A DNA stretch of 64,000 nt from Oculina patagonica (GCF_052425735.1 NC_135759.1:34224001-34288000), one strand, 5' to 3'. Shown: positions 12,801 to 25,132, counted from the stretch's first letter. Notes: a model not told the origin generated them from the letters alone. Program-made: numbers and translations.

Positions 12801-13430
12801 ATGCGCCTTTGGATCTGGTAGTCAGTCTGTTGTTGGTAAGTACAGGCAAGCTTAACAATCCAAAACGTGTCTTGTCCAAAATAGAAGTAACGGACAAACT
12901 ATTAAAAAAGGCCATCGGATTGGTCGAGGAAACTTCGTCTCATTTCTGATTGGTTAACTTTCTTAACCAATCAAAAGGGGCTACGTCACTGGAATTTCGC
13001 AGATTTTTGGTCCAACCTGTTCTGAAATTAGGGGTAGACAACTTAACCCATGAAAAACATCTTTGAACAACTAAAGGAATATATAACCTTAATTTGCGGG
13101 TAGAAATCAAGCTACGGCTATATATATCGAGTTTTTGAAGACGCGCGGAAAACAACTTGAAAAGTTATTAAGCCTTAATTTTTCTACGACACAAATATAA
13201 AATTTGGCTGTTCAAAAATCTGGTATAATCCGGGATAAAGACCCTTTAAGCACTGAATGAAGCAGATATGAGCTTGGAAATGTTTCTGTTTTGTGATAAT
13301 TGCTTGTGTGCTCTTTATAGCTGTGTGTGTGGACGGCACATTCCATAAGTACGTGTTCACTCCTGACGGAAACTGTAACCGAGAGGCGTACGACGTGTTT
13401 CTAGAGTTAGGAGATGACAGCGAATTCTGA
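4571..13430 (+). CDS. WDR45: WD repeat domain phosphoinositide-interacting protein 4 (PROPPIN/Atg18 family), 11 exons, ~344 aa
   Basis: GT-AG exons 4571-4619, 4920-4994, 5999-6103, 8918-9005, 9421-9515, 10055-10134, 10533-10655, 11147-11232, 11913-12014, 12714-12835 and 13321-13430 join in frame (1035 nt). Motifs [37 protein letters not shown] (LRRG lipid-binding motif), [10 protein letters not shown] and [18 protein letters not shown] match WIPI4. Start codon is unresolved. Confidence 0.95.
6407..8097. mobile_element. Non-autonomous DNA transposon with long TIRs and a 4-bp AATT TSD (Sola-like), in WDR45 intron 3
   Basis: ~170-bp imperfect TIRs starting GAAGGGCTTGCTGCAAAAAGGGCGGTAGTGATTTT and ending AAAATCACTACCGCCCTTTTTGCACCGAGCCCTTC; AATT on both flanks; no transposase ORF. 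Superfamily inferred from the TSD only. Confidence 0.75.
7003..7097. repeat. Perfect 46-bp tandem duplication
   Basis: CTGTTACCGTTAGCTGTAATTTGCCGAGGTGAAAGTGAAATAAAGA occurs twice. Confidence 0.9.
11666..11810 (+). mobile_element. Short retroposed insertion, possibly RTE-derived, in WDR45 intron 8
   Basis: Perfect 13-bp TSD TAAAGCCTTTACC at 11653-11665 and 11811-11823. Internal CCTGGTCCTCCAGGTTGGGGGTTGGG resembles RTE-clade 5' regions (from memory). Confidence 0.6.
12377..12574. mobile_element. Tc1/mariner-like MITE in WDR45 intron 9
   Basis: Perfect 22-bp TIR CAGTTAATTTCACATTACTTTA / TAAAGTAATGTGAAATTAACTG; TA on the right flank. Confidence 0.75.
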
Positions 13431-14254
13431 AAATAAACTACTTCACGGATAACGAAACACTGCGGAGTCGCCAAACGACAGTGCTTTGATAACATGCTGT
13501 GTGGAAAATACGACCAGTACAAAATTGCTGTGGTCTGGAACCATCAAATACCTTATTATAGGAAATTAACGCTAATGTAAATTAAGGTCTTTAAAATAAC
13601 GTGACTTAAATTATCGCGAATTGGAGGGAAATATTTTGGTTCGAATTAAGGCAAGAAAGGGGACAAATTTTCAAACTTTGAATTGTAAAAGATTGAAAAA
13701 TAGTGTGCAGAAAAGAAAAGGTTGTTGTTTTGTAGTTGCTATATGCGTTCGGACAGTATCTTGATTTTGGGGAGAAATTAAGGTCTCGAAAACTAACGCT
13801 CCACTTAAATATTTTCGCTGAAACTAACGATCACAAAGATTAAGGCGACTTTAATAAACGCGAATTTGGAGAAATCGTGTTAATTTCGTGGAGCGTTTAT
13901 TTCCTAATATAAGGCAATCATTTTGGCACGCGGTGCCACATTATAAGTACTGCGTAACCACTGGTTACGACAAAATAATAGGACTCAGTTTGAATTTTAA
14001 TAATGTATATAAGAGATGGTATTCACCGTGTATAAAGACTGAACTTGTAAAAAAGACATTTTGTAGATACATCATTTTAACATGCAAAGTTAAGAGCTTT
14101 TTATTTATAAATATTTCCTGGAAAGTAATAAATCTATGATCTTTGTGTGAGTTATACAGGTAATATATATAGTAGGTAGGTAGGTAATATATATATAGCA
14201 GGTAGTATATATGCCGTGAGTTATACAGGTAATTGTATCAAAACGAGGGGGGGG

Positions 14255-14628
14255 GAGGGTCTGAATGGGTTTCAGTGTTTATAGTGTTATTTGCCCATAT
14301 TTTTTAGCGTTTGTTGTTACTGTTTCCAGAGAAGTTAGTATTTGGTGAGTTTTTCGTGGAAAACCCAGTATTTTAGCATTGTAAATTCTTACCCGCTCTT
14401 GAAAATCAGTTACAAAATCACTCATGAACTTAGAAACAATCTTCGGATTTCTCTTCGGAAATATTCGGTAGTCTTCAGACATCTTCGGTAGTCTCCGTAC
14501 ATCTTCGGTAGTTCTCGAAAATCTTCCCAATAATTGGAAATTAAAATGCCTACAATTTAACTGTTTCATGTAACAGAGCCAAAAAAATTAAGTGTTTAGT
14601 GTTACCGAGTACCCCAATTCAGACCCTC
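14255..14628. mobile_element. hAT-like MITE
   Basis: TIRs GAGGGTCTGAAT / ATTCAGACCCTC; internal ATCTTCGG repeats; AACGAGG on both flanks. Confidence 0.65.
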
Positions 14629-14697
14629 TAACGAGGATTTACAAACGAAACTCGTTCAGCCCATTGATTCATGGTTGTCAATACTGTACCCGGTTTT

Positions 14698-14798
14698 CAA
14701 CCTCGACCCCAGGGCATCTTCGCTTTTAAAAAGATGGCGGTTGGGGGCGCGAAGGACAACCGCCATCTTGAAAGCGGAGATTCCCTGGGACGAGGTTG
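14698..14798. mobile_element. 101-bp hairpin MITE with 9-bp TSD
   Basis: CAACCTCGACCCCAGGG...AAGATGGCGGTTG / CAACCGCCATCTT...CCCTGGGACGAGGTTG; flanks CCCGGTTTT / CCTGGTTTT. Confidence 0.75.
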
Positions 14799-15329
14799 CC
14801 TGGTTTTATGTTTCCCGCCGTTAACATGTCGGGCAGACAACACCTGTCATTCCGTTAACTCGACAAAACACCTGTTCAGGTCTCAGTTCGTTTTGAATTT
14901 CAAAAAGCTACAAATGATAGCTTAAACTTCACACTCGACAGCAAAGCTGCGCTGATTTTAAAGCTTTTCAGACGGTTCTTAAACAGGATCAAGGTATTCT
15001 CAATTGTACTGACCCGCCTCGTGTTTTGGCAAAGTTTTCTCAAGTATCTTGTCCACAAGGTAAAAACGAAGGGATTGTTAGAGTTTTAAGCAAACAAGCC
15101 TGTCAAGTACCGTGTAATCAGTATCGGAGGAAATCGTCTCAAGTTTCAATCAGTGGAAATTTATTCGACTTCAAAAAACAAAGACTTGTAAAACAAACGA
15201 GAAAAAGAGTGCCTCAAGTGATACTGTGATACACTATGTTATGTTATTTTTATTTCAAAGGAAGATATATTACAGCGCCAATAACAATATTTATTTTTAA
15301 AGTAAACAAAACGAAATAAGCAGGGCAAC

Positions 15330-16286
15330 ATGTTAAACACACAAATGACTTCTGATTCAAGAGGTGGAAGACAAGAAACCAGCTCCAAGGAAACTGAAAT
15401 GAAAGAAGAAAAGCGATTGCCGGGAAAAACAGGACTTGCGAAGCTTTCTTATAAGCATCGATGTACGAAATCGCAGGTTTGGAGTGAAGCTAAGAACGAT
15501 GCTACATCTTGTAATTCTACAGATAGTTATTGCTCAGGGACACGGAGTTCTTTGGACGAAGGAAAACAAGAAAATAGCGAGGAGCTACTTAATCCTCATA
15601 TTGAAGAAGTGCGGGGACACTTTAATTCGAAATTTAACAATCGCACACCGTTATCGCTGCACCCTCCCGTTTCTATGGTAACCGATAACTCGAGTTTATT
15701 TCCTAGCCTTGAAGAAATCAACCCTCAGGAAACAAATCGAGTCGTGAGACATTTAGAGAAAATTCGCGTCGAAAGACAAAGGACGGGAATAGAAAAACGT
15801 TTTTTACAACGAGAAGGTACGGAAACCAAAGGCGAGAAAACCATTAAATTAGCACGCGAGAAAAACACGCTCCCAGAAGTTATTTCAAAACGTCGCTTAC
15901 AAGAAACGGAAAAGCAGCACTTTTTGCCAAGATTAAATGACAAAGTTTGGTCCGCGCCGCCATCTTCACGTTTATCGATTGATTTTGATAAAACCTTTTT
16001 ATTAGGCCACGAAGATGCGAAGGGCCCACGCACGAGCAAAAGAATTCTTGCGTGGAACGCATGCGTATTTCCAGCTACGCTTGTTGATTCACCAATGCGC
16101 AAGAGATCAACGTTCATGGCGTCCTTAAAGAGGCCACACAAACGAGTCAAAAACAATATGGCGGACTTGGCAAGGAGCGTGTCCAGACCGGCTGCCTACA
16201 CAGAACAGAGTGCTCCACTGTTACCTCGAGCATCCGCAGGGAAGCCTTTATCTAGACTTCTGTATCCATCACATCATGGCTACTGA
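15330..16286 (+). CDS. Uncharacterised 318-aa basic, probably disordered protein
   Basis: 957-nt ATG ORF (context GCAACATG) in AT-rich DNA; S/E/K/R-rich; AATAAA at 16471; no recognisable domain. Confidence 0.7.
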   Translation: MLNTQMTSDSRGGRQETSSKETEMKEEKRLPGKTGLAKLSYKHRCTKSQVWSEAKNDATSCNSTDSYCSGTRSSLDEGKQENSEELLNPHIEEVRGHFNSKFNNRTPLSLHPPVSMVTDNSSLFPSLEEINPQETNRVVRHLEKIRVERQRTGIEKRFLQREGTETKGEKTIKLAREKNTLPEVISKRRLQETEKQHFLPRLNDKVWSAPPSSRLSIDFDKTFLLGHEDAKGPRTSKRILAWNACVFPATLVDSPMRKRSTFMASLKRPHKRVKNNMADLARSVSRPAAYTEQSAPLLPRASAGKPLSRLLYPSHHGY

Positions 16287-19200
16287 CGTGAATTTTTGTT
16301 TGTTTGTGTCTGCGTGAATGGAATATATTGCAAGTTTTTTTTCCGCTTGGCCCAGCCACTTGGCTCGATTAGCCTTAGCTATTTCTAAGTGGCTGTGCTC
16401 TGTTTTTTCACTGTATTTTTTTTTTCACGTTGCATGTATTAGTATCAAAATTTTAAATTTCTGGGCAAGAAATAAAGATTGTTGTTGCTGTTGTTGTTGT
16501 TGTTTTGCAAAAAACAGGGCTTCAAGTTTTAATAGTTTAATCTTCACTGAAACAGCAAATACGGGGGGGGGGGGGAGTCTTCGATATGAAGGTGACGGTG
16601 GGATAGGGTTTGAACCGACTGAAATATGACAGGAACTAACTACCTCGCTCTAGAATGAATACCCCAAACGAAAATTCTGTTAACTTTTAGTGGTTTCAAA
16701 CTTCTCGACGAACACCCTATGGGGGAATCCCAGTCAACAAATTCGATTCGATTTTTTTGTTTTTGTTGTCCCACAACGACCAGTGAGCAAAACGTGTCCG
16801 AATGTGAGATATTTTGATCGTGGAAAGCTTATAAGGTACACGTATTCACGAGCGATATATTGAAGCTGGTATTCTCGGTTTCCTGTTCTTTTTGGTCGTG
16901 TTGTAAACCTTAAAATTTCACCAATTATGGTAAAACGGCTTAAATTAAAAGGATTAGCCCTAAAACACTCGTGTTTGAGTTTTAAAAAAGTACGAATTAT
17001 TAACTCCGTCTTCATTTAGTCGTAGCATAAATACTAGCAGGCTCTCTATTTCCCTGAAAAGAAAAAAAAATCGTTGAGAAAGCACAGTGAGTAGGGTAGT
17101 CTCTAAGCATATCATTTTTTGCAAAGAATATGAACGGGACACCGACCGCAAGGTATGATCAGTGGCGGGTATATAGAGGACATAGAGAGGAGGGGCTCAG
17201 GCAAACACGCGCGTTTCGATCCGCCAGTTTGGTGATAGAGAACAGAACATTTTCTCAATTTACCGATTTCTGCTTCCCAATTAACTCTTAGTATCTTGTT
17301 ACACCCACTAGTACTGCTCTAAATATCTGGGAGCGCTGTAATGATGTTACTGTATCTATTTCATGGTGAATAGACGCCTAACGAATAATTTGCAACTTAA
17401 CACAGGAAGTAATTGAAAGCTAAGCCGGAAGTTGTTTTAACAACAAGGTGCTAAAACACCTGGGCTCGAGCGTAATGTTAAAACAAGCATGTGTTTTTAG
17501 TATTTTGATTTGATGGGTGCATAGGTGTTTTCAGTATTTCTCCTTTTCGGACTCTCAGCTAAGCTTATCCCGCTTCTCTAAAACATGTTAATTTATGTCT
17601 ATTTAATGGAACAAAAAGGCGGGAAACCTTCGGACGGGGACAATGTTGGATTGTCAATGTGTTCCCGTAGAAACATTCCTGCAAAGAAAACACTTCATGG
17701 ATACCATTTGCAATTATAACCAAAGAACCAGGATCTATAAAGCTGACAAGCCACGTATCCCGTAAGCTCAAAATTGCCCGAGGCGTGGAAATGGTAAAAA
17801 AGATATACATAACGGAACAGGATGTTTATTATTTATTTTTTTTTTACCGAACAATAAAAATTCCAGTAGAAATGTTCCGGCAAATAATATAACACAACTC
17901 GTTATTTACATAACCAAACCGTGACATAGTGAGAGGGTGAGATATTTCCCAAAGTTCGTGTTTTAGCTTTGTTTGCGAAAGTCGTCGATAAGCATTCGAT
18001 TTGAACTCTTAGGAGTGAGGAATCCATCCTATTTGACCGACTTTTATAAGATCGTTGACCAATTGGCTACTCACCAATGAAAACAATAATAGAACTACCC
18101 CCTGTGTAAGCAAAAAAGTCACAACAAAAAAAGGTGTTTACAAGCTTTTCCCACCTAATCATAATGTCTTGCTTTTTAAGCTGGCGTCTAGATTTGTTTT
18201 AAGATTTTCAGTATCTTTAATACACTCTATAAAAACATATGCCCGGATTCGATTAAAATACAGGTAACGTTTCCACTTTACTGACCGGCCGGTTATTTGA
18301 AAAAGGTATAAAATATATATATGGCGTTTAAAGTTTTCAAGTTCTGTATTTAAATTAACAAAGGAAGTCGCTAAGTCTAACTGCGGAAGCAATTGCAGTC
18401 GTAAATCATAATTAGTATGAAAAGGAAAGGTGTTGGAGCTTGCTGCAATATAAATACAGCTTGGAGGCAATAAGGTGAATCTATTATTGTGATGCATACT
18501 TTTTTTTTGCCCGGATCTTACCAACCCTGAACAATCAGTGACCACAATGCAGTACGTTTTGTAGACAGACGGCTAATTCTGAGAGAGGTGGCACACTGAT
18601 GGTGTGCATTTTGAGTGGCCAAGAAATTTTTAAAAAACGCGAAACGAAAGGTTAGTCAAAAATTAGCAAAAAGAAAACCCCCCATTCTCCACACGACATA
18701 AGTTGGCTATATTTATTCATAGGAATACATTCTATGGAAAACATAAGCACACCCTAATGTTTTTAACTTACAACAAATGCAATATCTTAAATAATTTTCA
18801 AAACCATTTGCACACATTTCCCCAAAAGTTGTTTACAAATTATCATGCAAGATTTGTCTTTTAAAGAAATATGTTTTCTTGAAAGGATTATTTGAAGTGT
18901 GAACTAGTATTCTGGGGTAATGAATTTCCGGTTCGGCTAAACATTGCCCTGTTTGGTAAATATTTTGAACTGTGATTTAAGTGCCAAAGGATTATAATTT
19001 AGTATAAATGACAGGTTGAATCACCGCCCAATCCAATTGGCTGAGAATAGGCATTTAAATATTCTTTATTTCTTTATGCTATAAGTTCCTGTAAAACCTT
19101 GAAAAATGATAACAAAATCTATGTATCTTTTTCATTAACTTTACTGCGAACGCAGGCTTTTAAATTGCGTATTGCCGCTACATGTACAGAAGGTGCAATC

Positions 19201-22200
19201 AAATAAATCCTTAGTTGTCGATCGAACTTTAAATGCTTAATTTTCTTCGCCCACCAATCAGAGCCCGTTCTGTCTTTAACTTGCAAATGAGGTATTCGAG
19301 ACCTCCAGAGACCTCCTTTGCAACGATGGCTTGAAATGTTGCGATCAGGCCGGTTTAAGTGTCGCACCTTTACTCGCAGGTTTGAGCCGTTTCGATTGGA
19401 AGTTTAACCTTAACACGAAGTTAACAGCGCAGCATTTTGCGATTTCGAGTGGAAATCGAGATAATTGCGCGCTGTCGAAACGGCGAACGAAATCTACACT
19501 ACAAGAAAAGCTTTTGAAATGGACAAGTCTCCTGGATCTGATCGCACAGTAAGTAGATGATCGTTTCACCTGTGTTTACTAGCTGAAACTAACCAGAAAG
19601 TTCTTTACGAGTTGCAAAATCTATTGTGAGCTATGTGCTTAGCTGAAAGGTGCGGTAGTTTGCATGAGACGATTTTGTTCTAAATTGGAAGGTTGGTCTG
19701 TTGCTTTTGAAATTAAAATAGCTTATCCGCCTTTAATTTACGACGATCTGTTAGGGATGGCACCCTAATAATATTGTTTAAAGGCTCGGGGTTTTAAAAG
19801 CAGTTTCAAGATGTTTACTCAAACGATACAGCCCAAGATGAGAAACACTCCCTCTAAATCTTCGACCTCCTGCAGTCCCGAAAAATTCACCCGATCCAGC
19901 TTCAAATTTAAAGCCGCAGTTTTATCAGACTTAACCATAAATGCCTTGTCTTGAGATAGCTTTCTTGTAGACACTGCAGCGGCAGTGAAAACATAGTTTT
20001 AATTCATTTTACTAGAGCAGGATTTATGTGCAAGTCGGTAAACAAAACCTATAGCTCAAACAAATAACCAACGGTGCTATCGAGAGCTCAGTATTGGAAA
20101 ATGAAAATTATAACCTTGAAGGCCAACTTCCTCAAATGCGTTTGTTAATTTATTAGTTTCTTAAAGGAAGTCGATGCCAATTTTTCGAACGTTTTGAGCG
20201 ATCAGCACAATGCTACGCACTTAAACTTTGAAATCTTCCGGGGCATACGTTTGTTGACAAAAGCACGAGGTTGGTCATATACTGCTGCGAAAGGAGCAAT
20301 GGTTTTCGATTTTTTCTTTTAAAAATCTTTGAGCACGGTACAAAAATTGCTGAAAATTTCGTTAGTTTGTTTTATTATTTTTGTGCTATTTATGCCATGG
20401 GATAAATTTAGTTGTAAGCCGAAGTGGTCGGCTCTCTAGAAAAATCGTGCCGTTTCCCGGAGAATTGAGTAACTACAGAAATATATGCCATTTGCCGTAT
20501 TTACTTCATGAGGAGAGCTTATGCCTTCAAATCTGAATTGCAAATTTAGGTCAATATTTTGAGTTTATTTGAAATTTTGATAAATTGGTTGTCCTTGGAA
20601 ACTGAAATTATCGCCCACAATAAATTTAAAGAAAAATACAAAAGAAAAATATCCAAATGGCCAAAGGCCAAAGATAGAATGCAGTACCGAAAAAAAATAT
20701 TGAAATTTGTGCTTTGATATTCTCTCTTGATCGCCTTAGGAAAAAAAGTTTTAATTAGAAGAGAGCTTCTGTCTCAACTGATATGTTTTTTTTTTTTCGA
20801 GATTAAAACCTATTCTCGAATAATTATAACAACTAGCCCTGTGTATCTTTTTTTTTCTTTTCGACATCCCTTTTGTTGTTTACATGGTCTGCCAGCTCGT
20901 TTTTTGAATCGAACTTTCTTTTCTTTCATGCATAGCAAATTGTTATTGTTCGCACAAACACTTGACTTTGTTCTGGGAATAAATAAGTGAAAACAGGTGA
21001 AGATCAAGAGCAAATGCACATTAACACGTCTCTGGATGAAAATAAAGATAAAAATAGGGTATCAACTGCCTTGGGTAAAAACAAAATATTTTTAAAGGTT
21101 AGCATTTGGAAACCATCTGCGTATTGATGTTTCTTTTCTTTCAGTGTTTTATTTGGAATGAAGATTTTTCAAATTGAACTTTTAAGGAGATATTATGGTC
21201 TTCTAATTAACGAGAAAAACCTGTTTATCCATTGAAGCAATTCATTTTTGGTATTGATAAATAGAGCTGAAATGAATGAAAGACTGAAAGGTTAACAGAT
21301 ACAAGCGCAAGGCAGCTGAATGCGCGCGCTCTGGTGAAAAACACTACATGTAAGATACTTAATTACATGTAAAGATAGTTTTCTTGCCGAAACAAGCGCG
21401 TTGCCAAAAAAGCAGAGACTCTTATAGTACAAAATCTTCACCCTGTTCGACCCTGTGTGTCATAAGGTGAAGGAAAAATCAAAGTCGCAATTCTGATGAA
21501 TCTGGTGACAACATAACGAGAACAATTGTCAAAATCGAGAAAATTCAGAAATTAATTTACTTAGATGTTCAAGTCATTGAAAAGAAAACATGACAGTTTC
21601 TACCTCAGTGAGGTTTATAAGGATGTTGTTTCTAAGAAGAGAAAAAGGCGTAGAGAAAATGGTTTTGGCGGCTTGTAGGCCACTTTCTCATTGGGTTTTT
21701 ACTGTAATACTCAGTGCTATTTGTATTAATATTAAGCAAAGGTCGTGCGAGGCATATTTCTAGAAAGCATTTTGCGTCAATGTTTACGAAGGTCCCCCAA
21801 AATAATACAAAGGGCGGTTTTGTCGACAGTTTGCATTGCCGTGTCTACATAATGTATAAACACACTTCGACCTTTTGTACCCAAAAGAAAGCCGAAGGCA
21901 AGATTGAGGTTATTAATGTACATAGGGCATGTCAGACTAAAGTTCTTGTCGTCATTTACGAGCGTTTCGGGTCGTTTTGATGCTGGCAGACCGAAGAAAG
22001 TTAAGAGGAAAGAATTATGACCACTGAGAAAGAAAATGCGCCTTGCATTTCGTTTTGGGGACGCGTGAGAAAGGATGAGGGTCATGCCTCCTGGCTGGAG
22101 CGTTCCAAACGGGAAGGAACAAATCAGCGACTTTTGTAGCAAATTTTTATTTTTTTAACACCCGTTAACACTGAAAAGCATCATGTTGAAGATATATGTT

Positions 22201-22914
22201 GGATATATATTTTATACATCGATGGTATTCATTTATCATTTTCGTTTAATATTTTTAAACACTTATCTGAGCACTTGGAAGTAGTTGCTAAGAAACAAAA
22301 AGGCTCAAAAAGGATTTCCTTTTAATATATGTCAAGACTAACAAATCGTCGTTCATTAAAAATCCTTGCAAGGGAAATTCGATTCCCTTAGTTTCTCGTT
22401 TCCCACTTTTTTTTTCAACTTATTTTAGTGTAAAAACTATGTGGACTCTTTCTACACGAGTTCAAATATAATAAAACACTAATTGAAACCGATACTAAAC
22501 TGAACTTACTTAAGACTACGTTCATTTAGTTTTCAATGATGATTGCAATTGTTTGCCTGTCATACATTTTGAATGCGACTTAATTGCACCTTTTTCCTCA
22601 TTCAAGTATTCAAATTCTATTTTTGTCTTAAAGCAGCTCAAGGTGATAAAAAAAAACATAATCGTTGTAGCGATCGCAGCGGGATTAGGAGCGCAGACTA
22701 CGTCTGCATGCCAGAAATACCCTTGGAAGGACGAAATATTTTTTATTCATTCTCTGAAATTTGTTATTTATCACTTCGTTTGGCGCAATCATCTTGTCAT
22801 TATCCGATATCCCCTAAGACCGATCGTCAAACGCCATGATTCCAAAAGAAATGTCATTATTCCGTGATTCGACGTAGAACAATTTTAATAATGCAGTTGC
22901 CATTGTTTTTGCAG

Positions 22915-24628
22915 TGGCGGTAAAACTTACTCTGGTCTTAGCGGTAGTGGTCGGGGTAGCCTCGGCCCTAGCCGCCGCGTTATTGGCCGTGTTGTGCAAG
23001 TGCTGCTGGGTATGGTGGCGTTACCGCAGAACACGCCGCAAGCGCAGCCCATCTCAAGAGACTTACGTCATAAACCAAAAGAGCCAATGGCCAGGAGGAG
23101 GGTTCACTTATCAAACTTATGAGAACGGTTCTGTAGCTGATTATGATAGCATCTCCAGCGGAGAGGAACCCTACATTGTTGAAACGCCCGGCGACTTTGG
23201 TAAACTTCAGTTCTGGCTTGACTTCAATAGGGAAGAAGATGTCTTGATCATAGGATTGGTGCAGGCCAAGGGAATCATTTGCAGGACGAACGTTCAAACG
23301 GCGTTCGTTTATCCTGTCATACAGCTCTATAAGGGCGAAAAAAGATTGGACGAGAGGGAAATTGAAAAACAGAAAATGACGTTTGAGCCACAATGGAATG
23401 AAGAAGTGCTGTTTTCGTTGGATGGGAACCCAGTTGAAACACTATCGTTTTGCATTCGGTTAATTGAACAGGACTCGTTTTCAAACTCGCATTTGATTGG
23501 TCAAGTGGAGCTATCATTGGACGAGGCAGACTTTAGCAAACCGCATCCCAATTGGTACGATGTTGTGGGCGAACCAAAGGTAACAAAAGCCACTTTGAAA
23601 ACATTTTGATCTGCAACATTTCAGTTTCAAGCATAATTTTAGTTGAGGAAAACTGATTCCATATGTTAATCAGTTCTAGATAGAATAATTAAGGAAAAGA
23701 GGAAAATTCTGATTATTCGTATTCCATTTGTCTGTCTGCCATTAACACACTGTACTCGTCAACCTGAAAATCGTCGAAATCGTTCAGCAGTGCACTTATA
23801 TGAACGCCCCATAACTACGTATTCGATATCATCATTTCATCATTTGAAATCTACAGCTAACAAAATGCCATGCCTTTGTTTCAGTAAATAATTGCAATCC
23901 AAGCAATGAGCTTCTTTTACGTTGCAATCATTTTTAGCTGCCTTTCACTTTTTCTCCACAGAAGCCGCCACACGAGTACGTTGGTGAGCTGCTTGTCTCG
24001 TTGAACTACTTCCCCACCACTCAGCGTCTAACGATTGTGATCCTCAAGGCGCGAAACCTAAAAATAGAATCTACATCCGGGCTATGGGGTGAGTATCGCG
24101 CATTATATGACGTCACGAAACGTCATTATTGTTATTTTTATTACCAGTATGTTTCTTTGGTATTGTTTTCTTTTTTGTGGGAGGGGGAAGGGGTTCGGGG
24201 GAGGCGCTTTAAGCAAGAAATGAAGTTTATAGAGAAGTTATATTGCCATGTTGCTCAAACCGTTTACAATATTGATATTTTAACCCGGAACATTGTATGA
24301 TTGTATTTTGTCCACAGGTCCCGCAGTCAAAGTGTTCCTCATGTTGAGCAGAACGAGGTTGGGCAAAAAGCGGACTGCCATGCAGAAAAAGACTTTAAAT
24401 CCAGTTTACAACGAAGCTTTCACATTTAAAGTCACCTCGGACACACTACAGAAAGTTACTTTCAAGATTCTTGTCGTCAATAAACACTCACATGGGGCCG
24501 ATCAAACTATCGGTCAAGTGCTACTTGGTCAACAGGTGACCGGAAGTGGTTTTTCACATTGGAATCACATGTTAGCCTCGTTAAGGAAGCCTATTGCCAT
24601 GTGGCATCCCATAGTTCCTGGCGCGTAA
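22915..24628 (+). CDS. Synaptotagmin-like protein (N-terminal TM, C2A, C2B), predicted Ca2+-independent
   Basis: Exons 22915-23579, 23962-24088 and 24318-24628 splice in frame. TM followed by Cys and Arg clusters. C2A GKLQFWLDF...PQWNEE; C2B GELLVSLNYFPTTQRLTIVILKARNL...KKRT..KKTLNPVYNEAF; C-terminal HWNHML...RKPIAMWH. Candidate upstream exon ends at 19548. Confidence 0.92.
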
Positions 24629-24872
24629 AGCTGTGCTGGGCACGTGACTCCCGAGCATTCTCATAAGGAACGCTCGTTATTTATTTAAATTGTTTCAGTG
24701 AGTTAAGTAAGATAGAATATAAATTGAATGAAAAATAATTTTAATTGTAAATATTAGAGTTAAATCATTAGAGTAAGATTTCTTTTTAAAATGTGGGTTT
24801 CTGACAGTGCAGGCATTGTTATGTTGCAGCAAAAATACGGCGTATTTTTGAGGTGTTTTTTGGTTAGTTAAA

Positions 24873-25132
24873 CTAACCTATCCTCAACGGTAGTCTAAGA
24901 CTACTGGTGCGCTCGTCTCCAGAGATCCACCTTGTGTACCACAAGTGTTGGATCACTGAGGTGGGAGAAATAAGAACTTTTCTCCCATTACCACCATGCC
25001 TTACGCAGTGTTGACGAGTTCCAAAGAGGACGAAACAGCTGTCCACTGCTGCTAGGCTGGTGTGTTACCTCAGTCTGGAGATGAGGAAAGTGCACATACC
25101 TGAGCGTAGTGAGTCCAGTTCACTAATAAACA
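24873..25132 (+). mobile_element. Retrozyme-like structured element carrying the hammerhead
   Basis: Nested helices 24912-24923/25074-25085 and 24955-24962/25067-25074; hairpins 24924-24954 and 24963-24986; possible TSD TAGTTAAA at 24865 and 25133. Confidence 0.6.
25005..25049 (+). ncRNA. Type I hammerhead ribozyme (C3U core variant)
   Basis: Stem I GCAGTG/CACTGC; core TTGACGA; stem II GTTCC-AAAGA-GGAC; GAAA; stem III C-AGCT-G; cleavage triplet GTC with predicted cut after 25043. Confidence 0.8.

Noticed and set aside
15725-16156. 143-aa antisense ORF (likewise 22980-23393, 30077-30439, 31539-31931, 50289-50570)
   Set aside because: Shadow ORFs opposite real coding sequence, with no motifs.
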